Source: an uncultured Gemmataceae bacterium (GTDB lineage Bacteria; Planctomycetota; Planctomycetia; Gemmatales; Gemmataceae). Taken from it: 64,000 nucleotides of DNA. Made by a program: the position numbers and the translations under genes. The notes beneath the pieces are model-generated. The model did no database searches. It was not told where the DNA came from and worked only from the letters and a program-made list of their open reading frames with translations. Positions 29,174 through 39,324 of this stretch are shown piece after piece (the first letter of the stretch is position 1; every line of letters starts with the position of its first letter). Location: positions 1,600,001 to 1,664,000 of the forward strand of contig CAVVPN010000003.1 of the NCBI GenBank assembly GCA_963750165.1, written 5' to 3'.

Positions 29174-29285
29174 GTGAGGGGTGCCGGGGTGAGGGGGTGA
29201 CGGGGTGAGAGGGTGAGGGGGTGACGGGGTGAAAGACGGACTGCCTGGTCACCCCCTCACCCCCTCACCCTCTCACCCCGTCACC
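29174..29285. repeat. Inverted arrays of the 8-mer GGGGTGAG / CTCACCCC
   Basis: About 6 forward and 4 reverse degenerate octamers; same family at 54408 and 55994. Confidence 0.85.
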
Positions 29286-30540
29286 GTTTGAGGTGCCGAT
29301 CCGCAAACTCCACATAGCGCAGCCAGTCGTAGCGCGTGATGTCGTGCGTGCCGGCGCGACGGTGGTAGCCGATGGCGCCCATCACCGGGGTGTCGTCCGC
29401 GGGCGGTTCGTCCGCGGCCAACCCTTGCTTGCCGAACAGCGCGTACACCGGCCCCGCCAGCTTCGCCGACAGAAATTCGCCGCGCGGGTCCGCCCACAGG
29501 TCCTTCGAGGCGCTGGCCACGTACAGCGGCCTTGGCGCCACCAGTGCCATCAACATCTGTTGATCCACCGGCAGGTCGTCCTCCTTGTTGTTGTACTTGC
29601 GGAAGTTGGCGCAGAACCAGTGCGGGAACGACGTGTTGATGCGGGCCACGGTTTCGCCGAAGCGGCGCCGGAACAGCGACGCGCCACCGCAACCGGAGTC
29701 GTTGCTAATGACGATGGCGAACCGCCGATCCGTCGCCCCCGCCCACAGCGCCGTCTTGCCGAGCCGTGAGTGGCCCAGCACGATGACGCGCGTGGCGTCA
29801 ATGTCGGGGTCCGTTTCAAAGTAGTCCAGCGCCCGGCTCAGGCCCCACGCCCAGGCGGCGATGGTGCCCCAGTCGTCGCCTTTGCGCTGCGCGCCCGGTT
29901 TGCCGTAGAGCGCATGCACGCCCTTCTCGAACGCGATCCTGGCGTTATCGGGTTCGATGTCGCCGCAGTAGATGGTGGCAACACCGTAGCCCTTCGCCAG
30001 GATGTCCTCGATAGGCCAGCGGCTCGCGGCCTTGCCGCGGTCCGTTTCCGCCGGCGGTTTGGCCGTCCAGCCGGTCGGCAAGCTGATGCCGGGGTCGCTG
30101 TGGACGGTGTGGTTGCCGCCGAAGTTCAGACCGACGAACAGCGGCACCTTGCCCTTCGCCCCGGCCGGCAGGTAAATGAGGATGTCCATCTTCGGCCCCT
30201 GCTTGTCGGCGCTGAAGTAGACCCGCACCTCCTTGCGCACCGCCTTGCCGCCAAGCGCTTTCCGGTCGATGGAGCGCACCTCGAACGTCATGCCTTTCGG
30301 GCGCCCCGGGGCCTTGCCGTAGACGTGCGTCTCGTACAGCTTGAGGATTTCCGGCCGGCGCTTCGCCTCCCAGGTGTTGGCGTCGGACACCTTACGGCCG
30401 TCGAGGCAGGTGAGCAGGTCGGGCAGGGTGTATTTCGGCACCTTGCTCTCGTCGTAGTTCGGCTTGAAGGGCTGCTGGCCGTGGACGGTGCAGGCGGCCA
30501 GCAGGACGAGAGCGGCGAGTAGCAGCGCAAGGCGGTACAT
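29281..30540 (-). CDS. CE15 glucuronoyl esterase-like carbohydrate esterase
   Basis: NYDESKV..YTLPD, WGTIAAWAWGLSR, GHSRLGK, SGCGG, LPVDQ and WADPRGE motifs. Confidence 0.9.
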   Translation of the reverse strand: MYRLALLLAALVLLAACTVHGQQPFKPNYDESKVPKYTLPDLLTCLDGRKVSDANTWEAKRRPEILKLYETHVYGKAPGRPKGMTFEVRSIDRKALGGKAVRKEVRVYFSADKQGPKMDILIYLPAGAKGKVPLFVGLNFGGNHTVHSDPGISLPTGWTAKPPAETDRGKAASRWPIEDILAKGYGVATIYCGDIEPDNARIAFEKGVHALYGKPGAQRKGDDWGTIAAWAWGLSRALDYFETDPDIDATRVIVLGHSRLGKTALWAGATDRRFAIVISNDSGCGGASLFRRRFGETVARINTSFPHWFCANFRKYNNKEDDLPVDQQMLMALVAPRPLYVASASKDLWADPRGEFLSAKLAGPVYALFGKQGLAADEPPADDTPVMGAIGYHRRAGTHDITRYDWLRYVEFADRHLKR

Positions 30541-30654
30541 GGTGGCGGTCTCCGGGTTGGACGGGCGACGCGATTATCATGGGCGGCGGCAGGGCGGCGT
30601 GCAAGGGGGCACTGTGATTGTCGGGGTATGGACAGATTCCTGGCGGATGGCCCG

Positions 30655-30683
30655 TTGACACAACTGGCCCGGTCGCTTAGGCT
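30655..30683 (+). promoter_or_regulatory. Sigma70-type promoter of the MFS gene
   Basis: TTGACA-N17-TAGGCT. Confidence 0.65.
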
Positions 30684-30746
30684 TTCCGCTTTAGGCGATA
30701 ACCGGGGACGGCCTCTCCCCCAAACCCTTCACCCCAAAACGGCACC

Positions 30747-32504
30747 ATGAGTCAAACGCTTTCCGTCAGCACACCGGGCCCGTACCCCACGGCGCCGAAT
30801 GCTTACCGGCTGTTGTGGGCCGGTTTCTTTGCCATCTTCGCCTCGGGCGTCGGCTTCTCCGTCCGCGGCGGCATTCTGCTGGACTGGGCCAACCAGTACG
30901 GCTTCACCATGTCGGAGTTGGGCGGCATCACCGGCGGTGGCCTGACTGGCTTCGGCATCATCATCATCCTCGGCTCCTTCATCGCCGACCGCGTCGGTCA
31001 CGGCCGGCTCATGGTGCTCGCGTTCATCCTGCACCTGCTGTCGGCGGCCCTGCAGCTGGCCACCGCCCCGATTTACGAACAGTTCGGCCGCGACGCCACC
31101 TACTGGTCGCTGTATGTCGCCATGTTCATGTTCTCGATCGCCAACGGCACCTGCGAGGCGGTGGTCAACCCGATGGTGGCGACGCTGTTCCCCAAGAAAA
31201 AAACGCATTACCTCAACATCCTGCACGCCGGCTGGCCGGGCGGCCTGATCGCGGGCGGCCTGGTGGCCTACTTCATGAACGGCGGCAGCATCGGCGACTG
31301 GGTGCCGCTCGGCAAGGTGCCGTGGCTCATCCAGATGTCAATGTTCCTGGTGCCGACCGCGATTTACGGCCTGCTCATGCTCGGCCAGAAGTTTCCGAAG
31401 TCCGAGGCCGGCGAGGCGGGCGTCAGTTACGGCACCATGCTGGCGCAGTTTCTGGCGCCGGTGCTGCTGGTGTTGCTGCTGCTGCACGCCCTGGTCGGCT
31501 ACGTCGAGCTGGGCACCGACAGCTGGATCAGCAAGATCACCGGCAGCATCCTGGGCGACCCCAAGAACGGCCTGCTGCTGTTCGTCTACACTTCGGGGTT
31601 GATGTTCGCGCTGCGGTTCTTCGGCGGCCCGATCGAGCAGCGGCTGTCGCCGCTGGGACTGCTGTGCCTGAGTGGTGTGTTCGGCTGCATCGGCCTGACG
31701 CTGCTGGGCAACGCCACGGGCGTGGTGTTGTGCGTGCTGGCGGCCACGGTGTACGCGCTGGGCAAGACGTTCCTGTGGCCGACGATGCTGGCGGTGGCGT
31801 CGGAGCGCTTCCCGCGCGGCGGGGCGCTCGTCATCGGCATGATGGGGGGCGTCGGCATGTTGTCGGCCGGCGAGCTGGGGGCGCGGGGTATCGGCTTCAA
31901 GCAGGACTACTACTCCACGCAGCAGTTGCAGACCGAAGGGCAGAAGGCCAAGGCGGCCTACGAGCGCTACCAGGCGCCGGAGACGAACACGTTCCTGTTC
32001 GTGTTCCACGTCAAGGGGCTGGACGGCACCAAGGTGCGCGTGATGGAGTTGGAGACGGCGAAGCCGGACAACGACGCCGAGGCGAAGGCGAACGCTCGCG
32101 AGCTGGCACGGCTGCTGGAGAACAAGGACACGGCTGCGTGGTGGTACCTGGCAAAGCCGTTCGCAAAGCAGGACAAGGAGTACGTGGAGGAAGCGCGACT
32201 GCACGGCGGTCGCATGGCGCTGCAGGTGACGGCGATAGTGCCGGCGACGATGGCGGTGCTGTACCTGCTGCTGATCGGCTACTTCTTCACGCAGGGCGGC
32301 TACAAGGCGGTGGAACTGGTCGGCGAGAGTGAGAAGGAAAAGGAGAAAATTTTGGCCGGGGCGGCGGGCGGCGACCTGGAGCGGTTCGCACACCCGGGGG
32401 AGACGGGCATCCGCGCCAACCAGGAGGGCATCGCGGCGCCGCAGCATGGGGTGATGCCGCCGCCCAATGAGGTGCCGCCGGCGTCGCGGCAGGGCGAGGC
32501 GTAA
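30747..32504 (+). CDS. MFS transporter
   Basis: About 12 TM segments; ADRVGHGRL, EAVVNP, LHAGWPGG, VELGTDSWI and WPTML motifs. Confidence 0.92.
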   Translation: MSQTLSVSTPGPYPTAPNAYRLLWAGFFAIFASGVGFSVRGGILLDWANQYGFTMSELGGITGGGLTGFGIIIILGSFIADRVGHGRLMVLAFILHLLSAALQLATAPIYEQFGRDATYWSLYVAMFMFSIANGTCEAVVNPMVATLFPKKKTHYLNILHAGWPGGLIAGGLVAYFMNGGSIGDWVPLGKVPWLIQMSMFLVPTAIYGLLMLGQKFPKSEAGEAGVSYGTMLAQFLAPVLLVLLLLHALVGYVELGTDSWISKITGSILGDPKNGLLLFVYTSGLMFALRFFGGPIEQRLSPLGLLCLSGVFGCIGLTLLGNATGVVLCVLAATVYALGKTFLWPTMLAVASERFPRGGALVIGMMGGVGMLSAGELGARGIGFKQDYYSTQQLQTEGQKAKAAYERYQAPETNTFLFVFHVKGLDGTKVRVMELETAKPDNDAEAKANARELARLLENKDTAAWWYLAKPFAKQDKEYVEEARLHGGRMALQVTAIVPATMAVLYLLLIGYFFTQGGYKAVELVGESEKEKEKILAGAAGGDLERFAHPGETGIRANQEGIAAPQHGVMPPPNEVPPASRQGEA

Positions 32505-32589
32505 GCGCCGCGAAACAACACTACGGGTTTTCTGCCCTGGCGGACCAAGGAGTCCATGCAGGGCATGATGAGCATTTGGTAGAATGTTT

Positions 32590-33204
32590 ATGGAGAGCCG
32601 ACCTCCGATTCCCCGGGAACTGGAAAGACAGGTGCTGGTCGAGGCCGGTCATCGGTGTGCGATCCCGGCTTGCAGCCAGATCCCGGTTGAACTTGCGCAC
32701 ATCGTACCGTGGTCCAGGTGTCAGGAGCACAAGTTTGACAACCTCATCGCCCTGTGCCCAACCTGTCACACCCGATATGATCGGGGCGAAATCGACCGGA
32801 AGGCCATGCGCACTTAGGAGGCGCCGAACAACAACTTCCAAAAGTAGGACGGCTCTCCAGAGCCGTCGGGACGGCTCTGGAGAGCCGTCCTACGAAGTTG
32901 TTGTTCGGCGCCTCCTTACAAGCACAACCTGTTGCTGCTGAACCGTCGTTACGGCGATCTGGAGCAGCGCGTTTTCCTGGCCTTCGCGCGACAGCCAGCC
33001 AACGCTGATCTGTGGTTGCTCGGCGACCTGGAGATTTTGCTATTGCATCTGCTGGAAGACGGCCTGATCACGGACACCGGCCAGACGCGGCCGATCGGTT
33101 CGCCAGGTGGTTTGGTCCAAAAGCTTTATCGGTTCAGCGACAAGGGACGGGAGTACGCGGCGCTCTGGTTGTCACCGCAAGGGGCGGACGAGGCGCCAGC
33201 ATAG
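32590..33204 (+). pseudogene. HNH endonuclease (with C-terminal wHTH-like region) interrupted by a MITE
   Basis: RCAIPAC...AHIVPW...NLIALCPTCH; removing the 102-bp insert restores ...KAMRTYKHNLLLLNRRYGD... (170 aa). Confidence 0.85.
32817..32915. mobile_element. 99-bp MITE with 22-bp TIRs and TTA target duplication, carrying a GTAG REP doublet
   Basis: TTA|GGAGGCGCCGAACAACAACTTC...GAAGTTGTTGTTCGGCGCCTCC|TTA; inner GTAGGACGGCTCTCCAGAGCCGTC doublet. Confidence 0.92.
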
Positions 33205-33223
33205 TGGGACGGGGGTGGTAAAC

Positions 33224-33532
33224 GTGGAAAACAAATCGATCGTAAACAACGGCGTGGAGACAGCCCCCGAATGGGTGGAGCGCATCCGCGCGGCGCAGGC
33301 GGTTGCCGTCTACCCCATCGACGGTCAACACTTCGCGCGCATCCGTTACGGAGATGAGACCGAGGATTGGGGAGCCGGGCAGGGACCGTGTCACGATTGT
33401 GGGGTCGTGCGCGGGCAATACCACGTGCCGGGATGCGATGTGGAACGCTGTCCTCGGTGTGGCCGTCAAGCGATCTCGTGTGCTTGCCCATACGACGAAC
33501 CGGAAGTGGCAGCGGCAACGAACGGTCGGTGA
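33224..33532 (+). CDS. Small Cys-rich (zinc-binding) hypothetical protein
   Basis: RIRYG...CHDC...[20 protein letters not shown]; start codon uncertain. Confidence 0.7.
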   Translation: MENKSIVNNGVETAPEWVERIRAAQAVAVYPIDGQHFARIRYGDETEDWGAGQGPCHDCGVVRGQYHVPGCDVERCPRCGRQAISCACPYDEPEVAAATNGR

Positions 33533-33633
33533 GCACAGAGACGCAGGGCTTTCGCCCACGAACCGCTTTTCGCTTGACGGACCGCGCCGTCCGGGGGATC
33601 CTATCCAGTAAAGGAACATATGGAGGGCACCAC

Positions 33634-34077
33634 ATGAGCGCACGTCTGATCGCCTGGAAATGGTGCGCCGTCCTTCCGACAATACTCGGCCTGGCGGGTT
33701 GCTCCAACAACGCCGACCCACCGCGCTCGCCGACCGAGGAGCGCCTTTACAAGATCGGCAAGGCGTACGTTCAGGCTACCTACCGGCTCGAACGCCCGCC
33801 CAATAACTTTGACGAGATCAAAACCCACATCGAGGGGCCTGCCGACGACGCGTTGCTGCGCTCCGCGAACGACGGCGAGCCGTTCGTCATCCTGTGGGGG
33901 GTGGACTGCAACAAGCTGTCGTCCGAGCGCAAAGACCCCTTTACCGTCGCCGCCTACGAGAAGCGCGGCGCCAACGGCACCCGTTACGTCCTGCGTTTTC
34001 CGTTGTCAGTGGTAGCGATGACCGACGCCGAGTTCCAACGGGCCGTCTTTCCCCCGGGCCACGAGCCGCCGCGGTGA
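33634..34077 (+). CDS. Lipoprotein associated with DUF1559
   Basis: LGLAGC lipobox; GGAGG RBS; DGEPFVILWG motif. Confidence 0.75.
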   Translation: MSARLIAWKWCAVLPTILGLAGCSNNADPPRSPTEERLYKIGKAYVQATYRLERPPNNFDEIKTHIEGPADDALLRSANDGEPFVILWGVDCNKLSSERKDPFTVAAYEKRGANGTRYVLRFPLSVVAMTDAEFQRAVFPPGHEPPR

Positions 34078-34104
34078 GCGCCCCGACCCGAGGAGGTTTT
34101 TATT

Positions 34105-35025
34105 ATGTCATCCCGCTTCCCGCGCAGCCGTCCGGCGTTCACGCTGATCGAGCTACTGGTGGTCATCGCCATCATCGCCGTGCTGATCGGCCTGTTGCTG
34201 CCGGCCGTCCAGACGGTGCGCGAGGCCGCCAACCGCGCCCAGTGCGCCAACAACCTCAAGCAGCTGGCCGCCGCCTTCCACGACTACCACGGCACATACA
34301 AATACTTTCCGTCCGGCGGCAAAGGCCCCGGGGCGGCGCGGACGATGCTCGGTAACGTCCCCGCCGGGTACGCCACGCAGGGCTGGGGCTGGTGCTATCA
34401 AATCCTGCCCTTTGTCGAGCAGGAGAACCTGTACAACATGCCGGCCGGCGACAACGGCGCCGTGATCGCCACGCCGCTGGCGCTGCTGTACTGCCCGACG
34501 CGCGGCCGCGAGAAAGTGGTGCAGAACATCGCCGTCAGCGACTACGCCGGCAACGGCGGCAGCTACGGCAATTGGAGTTCGCTGACCGGCCCGGTCAACA
34601 GCCTGGACGGCCCGCTCACGCCCGCGGGGGCGCAGCCGGTCAACTTCGCCGCCATCCGCGACGGCACCTCCAACACACTGCTGATCGGCGAGAAGTGGCT
34701 GTACATCACCTGGTATCTCGACCGCACCTCCGGCGGCGGCGCCTGCATCGACAACGAGGGCTGGTGCAACGGCTGGGACAACGACACCATCTGTTTTAGC
34801 GGCACGCAGTCGTATTCAGCGCCGAACGGCATCGTCGTGCCGCAGCAGGACACGCAGACCGGCTGGTCGTGCGGTCTGATCTTCGGCTCGGCGCACCCGG
34901 GCAGTTTCGTCGCCGTCTTCTGCGACGGCTCCGTGCATTTCCTGTCCTATGGCATCAACCCCACGACCTGGCACAACCTGTGCTCGCGCAACGACGGCCA
35001 GACCGTGAACGAGAGTGACTTTTAA
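34105..35025 (+). CDS. DUF1559 prepilin-type protein
   Basis: [14 protein letters not shown]...REAANRAQCANNLKQL; DGTSNT; HPG..FCDGSV. Confidence 0.95.
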   Translation: MSSRFPRSRPAFTLIELLVVIAIIAVLIGLLLPAVQTVREAANRAQCANNLKQLAAAFHDYHGTYKYFPSGGKGPGAARTMLGNVPAGYATQGWGWCYQILPFVEQENLYNMPAGDNGAVIATPLALLYCPTRGREKVVQNIAVSDYAGNGGSYGNWSSLTGPVNSLDGPLTPAGAQPVNFAAIRDGTSNTLLIGEKWLYITWYLDRTSGGGACIDNEGWCNGWDNDTICFSGTQSYSAPNGIVVPQQDTQTGWSCGLIFGSAHPGSFVAVFCDGSVHFLSYGINPTTWHNLCSRNDGQTVNESDF

Positions 35026-35069
35026 CACCCCGTCGGTCCCACGGGCGCCACCCCATGCGAACGCACACC

Positions 35070-38000
35070 ATGAAGACCGACCTCCGCACGCTGCTCATCC
35101 CCGCCATCGCCGTCCTTGGTCTTTGCGGTGGTCGCTTCGCGGCGCAGCAGCCCGCGCCGGCCCAGCCGACCACGCCAACGATCGGCTTCAACCGCGACAT
35201 CCGTCCCATCCTGTCCAACCGCTGCTTCAAGTGCCACGGCCCCGATCTCAAGAAGAGCGGCCTCGACCTGCAAAGCCGTGACGGGGCGCTGAAAAAACTC
35301 CGCTCCGGCGAGCACGCCATCGTGCCCGGCAAGAGCGCCGACAGCGCCCTGATCCAGCGCGTCTGCTCCCCGGAAAAGAGCGAACGCATGCCGCCCACCG
35401 GCGCGCCGCTCAGCCCGACCCAGATCGCCAAACTGAAAGCGTGGATCGACCAGGGCGCGCCGTATGAGGAGCACTGGGCCTACGTCAAGCCGGTGCGGCC
35501 GCCGTACCCGGCGCTCAAGAATAAAAGCTGGCCGCGCAACGGCATCGACCATTTCGTGCTGGCCCGGCTGGAGCGCGAGGGGTTGCAGCCGGCGCCCGAA
35601 GCCGACCGCGCTCGCCTGATCCGCCGCGTCAGCCTGGACCTGACCGGCCTGCCGCCGACGGTGCGCGAGGTGGATGACTTCCTGAACGATCCGAGTCCGA
35701 ACGCTTACGAGAAGGTGGTGGATCGGCTGCTGGCGTCGCCGCATTACGGCGAGCATCAGGCGCGCTTCTGGCTCGACCAGGCCCGCTACGCCGACACCAA
35801 CGGCTACGAAGCCGACCAGCGCCGCACCCTCTGGCCCTACCGCGACTGGGTCATCAAGGCCTTCAACCGTGACCTGCCGTTCGACCAGTTCACGATTGAG
35901 CAGCTGGCCGGCGACCTGCTGCCCAACCCGACGCGCGACCAGTTGGTGGCGACCGGCTTCCATCGCAACACGATGGTCAACACCGAGGGCGGCACCGACG
36001 ATGAGGAGTTCCGCGTCGCCGCCGTCGTCGATCGCGTCAACACGACGATGGCAGTGTGGATGGGCACGACCATGAACTGCGCCCAGTGCCACAACCACAA
36101 GTATGATCCGTTCTCGCAGAAGGAGTTTTACCAGCTGTACGCCTTCCTCAACAGCACGGCGGATCGCGGCAAGAGCAACGAGCCGACGATCCGCATCCCG
36201 ACGGCCGAGGAAACCGCGAAACGCAAGAAAATCGCGGATCGGCGGGCGCCGCTGCTGCGGGAGCTGGAGCGGGACACACCCGAACTGCGCGCCGCCCAGC
36301 AGCAGTGGGAGAAGAGCCTGCGCGGCCAGGACGCCGCCTGGGTGCTGTTACGGCCGGTGCGGTTGGCCAGCGCCGGCGGCACCACGCTGACGGCACTGCC
36401 GGACGCCAGCGTTTTGGCTCACCAGCAGTCGCCGGCCACCGACACGTACACCGTCACGCTGGAGCCGAACCTGGCGGGCATCACCGCGTTCAAACTGGAA
36501 GCGCTGACCGACAAGGCGCTGCCGGCGAAGGGCCCCGGCCGGGCGGGCGGCAACTTCGTGCTGACCGGCGTCAAGGTGACGCTGGCCGACCGCAAGACGC
36601 CGACGCGCTCGCAGCCGGTGCCGCTGCAGAACGCCACGGCCGATTTTGCGCAGGCCAGGTTCAGCGTTGCCCTGGCGCTGGCCGGCAAGCCGAAGGCCGG
36701 CTGGGCCGTCGCGCCGCAGGTCGGCAAGCCGCACGTCGCCGTCTTCGAGACGAAGCAGGATGTCCACGCCGGCCTGGGTCGGACGCTCACGGTCACGCTG
36801 GAGCAGCAGTACGGCGACCAGCACACGCTTGGCCGCTTTCGGCTGTACGCCAGCACGACGCCGCGGCCGGTGCGCGTCCGCACGCTGCCGGACGCGGTGG
36901 CCCAGGCGCTGCGCGTGCCTTCCGACAAGCGCACGGTCGCCCAGCAGGACGCGGTGCTAAAATACTACCGTTCGGTGGCGCCGGAACTGGCGAAGCTGCG
37001 CGAGCAGATCGCCGCGCTGAAGAAGCAGGAGGCCGCCATCAAGCCGGCGACGACGATGGTCCTGAAGGAACTGCCGGCGCCGCGCGTGACGAAAATTCAC
37101 ATCCGCGGCAATCACCGTGACCTGGGCGCACAGGTTGGACCGGGTGTGCCAGCGAAATGGCACAAGCTGCCGGAGGGGCCGCTGAACCGCCTGACGCTGG
37201 CGCGATGGCTCGTCAGCCCGGATAACCCGCTGGTCGGTCGTGTGCTGATGAACCGCCTCTGGGCGCGCTACTTCGGCCACGGCCTGGTCGAAACGAGCGA
37301 GGACTTCGGCGCCCAGGGCGAGCCGCCGACACACCCCGAACTGCTGGACTGGCTGGCGACCGAATTGATGCTCCCCTCGCCCCCTCAAGGGGGAGAGGGG
37401 TCGGGGGTGAGGGGGTGGAGCCTCAAGGTGATGCACCGGACGATTGTGCTGTCGGCGACCTACCGCCAGTCGGCGCGGGTGACGCCGGCACTGGTGAAAC
37501 GCGACCCGTTCAACCGCCTGTACGCGCGCGGCCCGCGCTTCCGCATGGACGCGGAAATGGTGCGCGACAACGCCCTGGCGGTCAGCGGTCTGCTGACGCG
37601 CAAGCTGGGCGGGCCGAGTGTCTTCCCGTTCCAGCCCGACGGCATCTGGGCAAACCCGTACAGCGGCGATAAATGGGTGATGAGCACGAACGGCGACCAG
37701 TATCGCCGTGGTCTGTACACGTTCTGGCGGCGGACGGCGCCGTATGCGTCGTTCATGGCCTTCGACGCGCCGAGCCGCGAGGTGGCCTGTGAACGGCGGC
37801 CGCGCACCAACACGCCGCTGCAGGCGCTGGCGGTGCTCAACGACCGGGCCTTCGTGGAGCCGGCGGCGGCGCTGGCGCGGCGGATATTGAAGGAAGTCCA
37901 GGGGAGTGAGCGCGAACGAGCGCTCCACGGATTCCGGTTGTGCGTGGCCCGGGCGCCGTCCGCGGCGGAGCTGGATTTGTTGCTGACGTTGTACCGCGAG

Positions 38001-38153
38001 AGTCTGGCGAAGTACCAGAAAGACGAACCGGCGGCGCGAGCCCTGGCGACGTTGCTGCCGCTGCCGGACGGCCGGGTGGACACGGCGGAACTGGCGTCGT
38101 GGACCGTCGTGGCCAATGTGCTGCTGAACCTGGATGAGACGATCACGAAATAA
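35070..38153 (+). CDS. Planctomycete cytochrome c / DUF1549 (PSCyt2) / DUF1553 (PSD1) protein
   Basis: CFKCHG, RRVSLDLTGLPPT, CAQCHNHKYDP, PTHPELLDWLA and NTPLQAL motifs. Confidence 0.95.
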   Translation: MKTDLRTLLIPAIAVLGLCGGRFAAQQPAPAQPTTPTIGFNRDIRPILSNRCFKCHGPDLKKSGLDLQSRDGALKKLRSGEHAIVPGKSADSALIQRVCSPEKSERMPPTGAPLSPTQIAKLKAWIDQGAPYEEHWAYVKPVRPPYPALKNKSWPRNGIDHFVLARLEREGLQPAPEADRARLIRRVSLDLTGLPPTVREVDDFLNDPSPNAYEKVVDRLLASPHYGEHQARFWLDQARYADTNGYEADQRRTLWPYRDWVIKAFNRDLPFDQFTIEQLAGDLLPNPTRDQLVATGFHRNTMVNTEGGTDDEEFRVAAVVDRVNTTMAVWMGTTMNCAQCHNHKYDPFSQKEFYQLYAFLNSTADRGKSNEPTIRIPTAEETAKRKKIADRRAPLLRELERDTPELRAAQQQWEKSLRGQDAAWVLLRPVRLASAGGTTLTALPDASVLAHQQSPATDTYTVTLEPNLAGITAFKLEALTDKALPAKGPGRAGGNFVLTGVKVTLADRKTPTRSQPVPLQNATADFAQARFSVALALAGKPKAGWAVAPQVGKPHVAVFETKQDVHAGLGRTLTVTLEQQYGDQHTLGRFRLYASTTPRPVRVRTLPDAVAQALRVPSDKRTVAQQDAVLKYYRSVAPELAKLREQIAALKKQEAAIKPATTMVLKELPAPRVTKIHIRGNHRDLGAQVGPGVPAKWHKLPEGPLNRLTLARWLVSPDNPLVGRVLMNRLWARYFGHGLVETSEDFGAQGEPPTHPELLDWLATELMLPSPPQGGEGSGVRGWSLKVMHRTIVLSATYRQSARVTPALVKRDPFNRLYARGPRFRMDAEMVRDNALAVSGLLTRKLGGPSVFPFQPDGIWANPYSGDKWVMSTNGDQYRRGLYTFWRRTAPYASFMAFDAPSREVACERRPRTNTPLQALAVLNDRAFVEPAAALARRILKEVQGSERERALHGFRLCVARAPSAAELDLLLTLYRESLAKYQKDEPAARALATLLPLPDGRVDTAELASWTVVANVLLNLDETITK
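37371..37415. repeat. Palindromic element inserted in frame in the PSD1 gene
   Basis: CTCCCCTCGCCCCCTCAAGGGGGAGAGGGGTCGGGGGTGAGGGGG encodes LPSPPQGGEGSGVRG between ATELM and WSLK. Confidence 0.7.
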
Positions 38154-38222
38154 CGGCGTCAACAACTGGCCACGCTAAATTGTTACCTCAGCTCTTTCGC
38201 CAAAAGATGCGGTCTTCGTGTG

Positions 38223-39004
38223 CTAGGGAGTCGCAGGTGTCGCGAGCAGCCGGCCGAGCGCTGCCAGCATCCCGCCCATCCGCCGCCGCGGCGCCCACCC
38301 CGGCACCCCCGGCCGCCGGGCGAAGAACAATCCGACCGGCAACCGTGTCGGCTCCAGTTCCACGGCGAAACCCTGGGCCGTCAGCACGTCGCGCAGCAAC
38401 TCGGGGCGGTAGCGGCCAAAGCCCTCCACGCGCAACGGCCCGCGGAAGTCATCGACGTGATACTCGCCGCACAATGCGTCGATCAGGCCCAGCCGCCGGC
38501 TGGTCAGCAGGATCGGCCACTCGGAGCCTTCGCAGTCCAGCTTCACCAGCCGCACGCGCTGCCGGCCGGCGCGGGTCACCTCGTCCAGCACGGCATCGAA
38601 GGCGACGCCCGGCACCGGCCCGCAGTCGGGGCCGTTCCAGACCGCGAAGCCGCCGGTGTTGGCCCGGTCCAGTGTCGGCCCGAACGGCAGGCTCGCCACG
38701 TCCCGGTCGGAGCGGAACACCGCCGCTCGCCGCACCACCGCACGCGCCTCAAACGGCGCCAGATGGCGGCATAGCAGCGCGAAGTTGTCGGCCGCGGGCT
38801 CGAACGTGAACACCTGACCGGCGCCGCGCGCAGCGCCGCGAAGCTGAACGACCCAAGGTGGCCGCCCACGTCCACGAGCACGTCAGTCGCCTCGAAGCGC
38901 GGCGGCAGTCGGTACTCGTTGTGCGTGACCACCGCGTCGAAGATGGCCCGGTCCGTGGTGCCGGGGCGGAAGTGCCAGTGGGCGGCAATGCGGGGAGCGT
39001 CCAT
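38223..39004 (-). CDS. FkbM-family methyltransferase; frameshift near 38830
   Basis: FRPGTTD..IF..V...NEY, VDVGGHLGSF, FEP, KLDCEGSE motifs. Confidence 0.85.
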
Positions 39005-39074
39005 TTCTCCTCCTGAGAACGATCGGGCCTGGGTATTGTGCCGCGCGCGGGTGACGAACCGCAAGCCCGGAACC

Positions 39075-39205
39075 GCGCAGGGCCGTTCCCCGGAAGCGAC
39101 CCGAGCGGTATAATAAAAGAAGTGCCAGGGAGGGCTTTCGTCTCATTTCATTTCACACACCCCCCTGACAGCTCCGGGGGCAGCGCAGCTTCCCCACCCC
39201 CAACC
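39075..39205 (+). ncRNA. Candidate promoter-driven small RNA / leader element, copy 2
   Basis: TTCCCC-N17-TATAAT (39109-39114), then GTGCCAGGGAGGG...TCATTTCATTTCAC...CCCCCCTGAC; matches 20730-20865. Confidence 0.45.
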
Positions 39206-39324
39206 CGCTGGAATTGGGCGAGCGGCGCACCCGCGCGGACTTGCCCTTCCCCTGCCCGCGCCAATCCTGTACCCTCCCGCGAAGCGCACCAGGGACGGTG
39301 CGTCAACCGGGCGAGGGCCTGTCG

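Noticed and set aside
20866..39074. Invertible or mobile segment bounded by the two inverted ~135-bp elements
   Set aside because: No recombinase or transposase, no TSD, ordinary gene content, and the copies are diverged
38883..39146. Peptide MRRKPSLALLLLYR (and [14 protein letters not shown] near 20794) as a conserved small protein
   Set aside because: The similarity is explained by the shared DNA element; the perfect -10 box lies on the opposite strand and the frames diverge right after it. A type I toxin-antitoxin reading is not fully excluded
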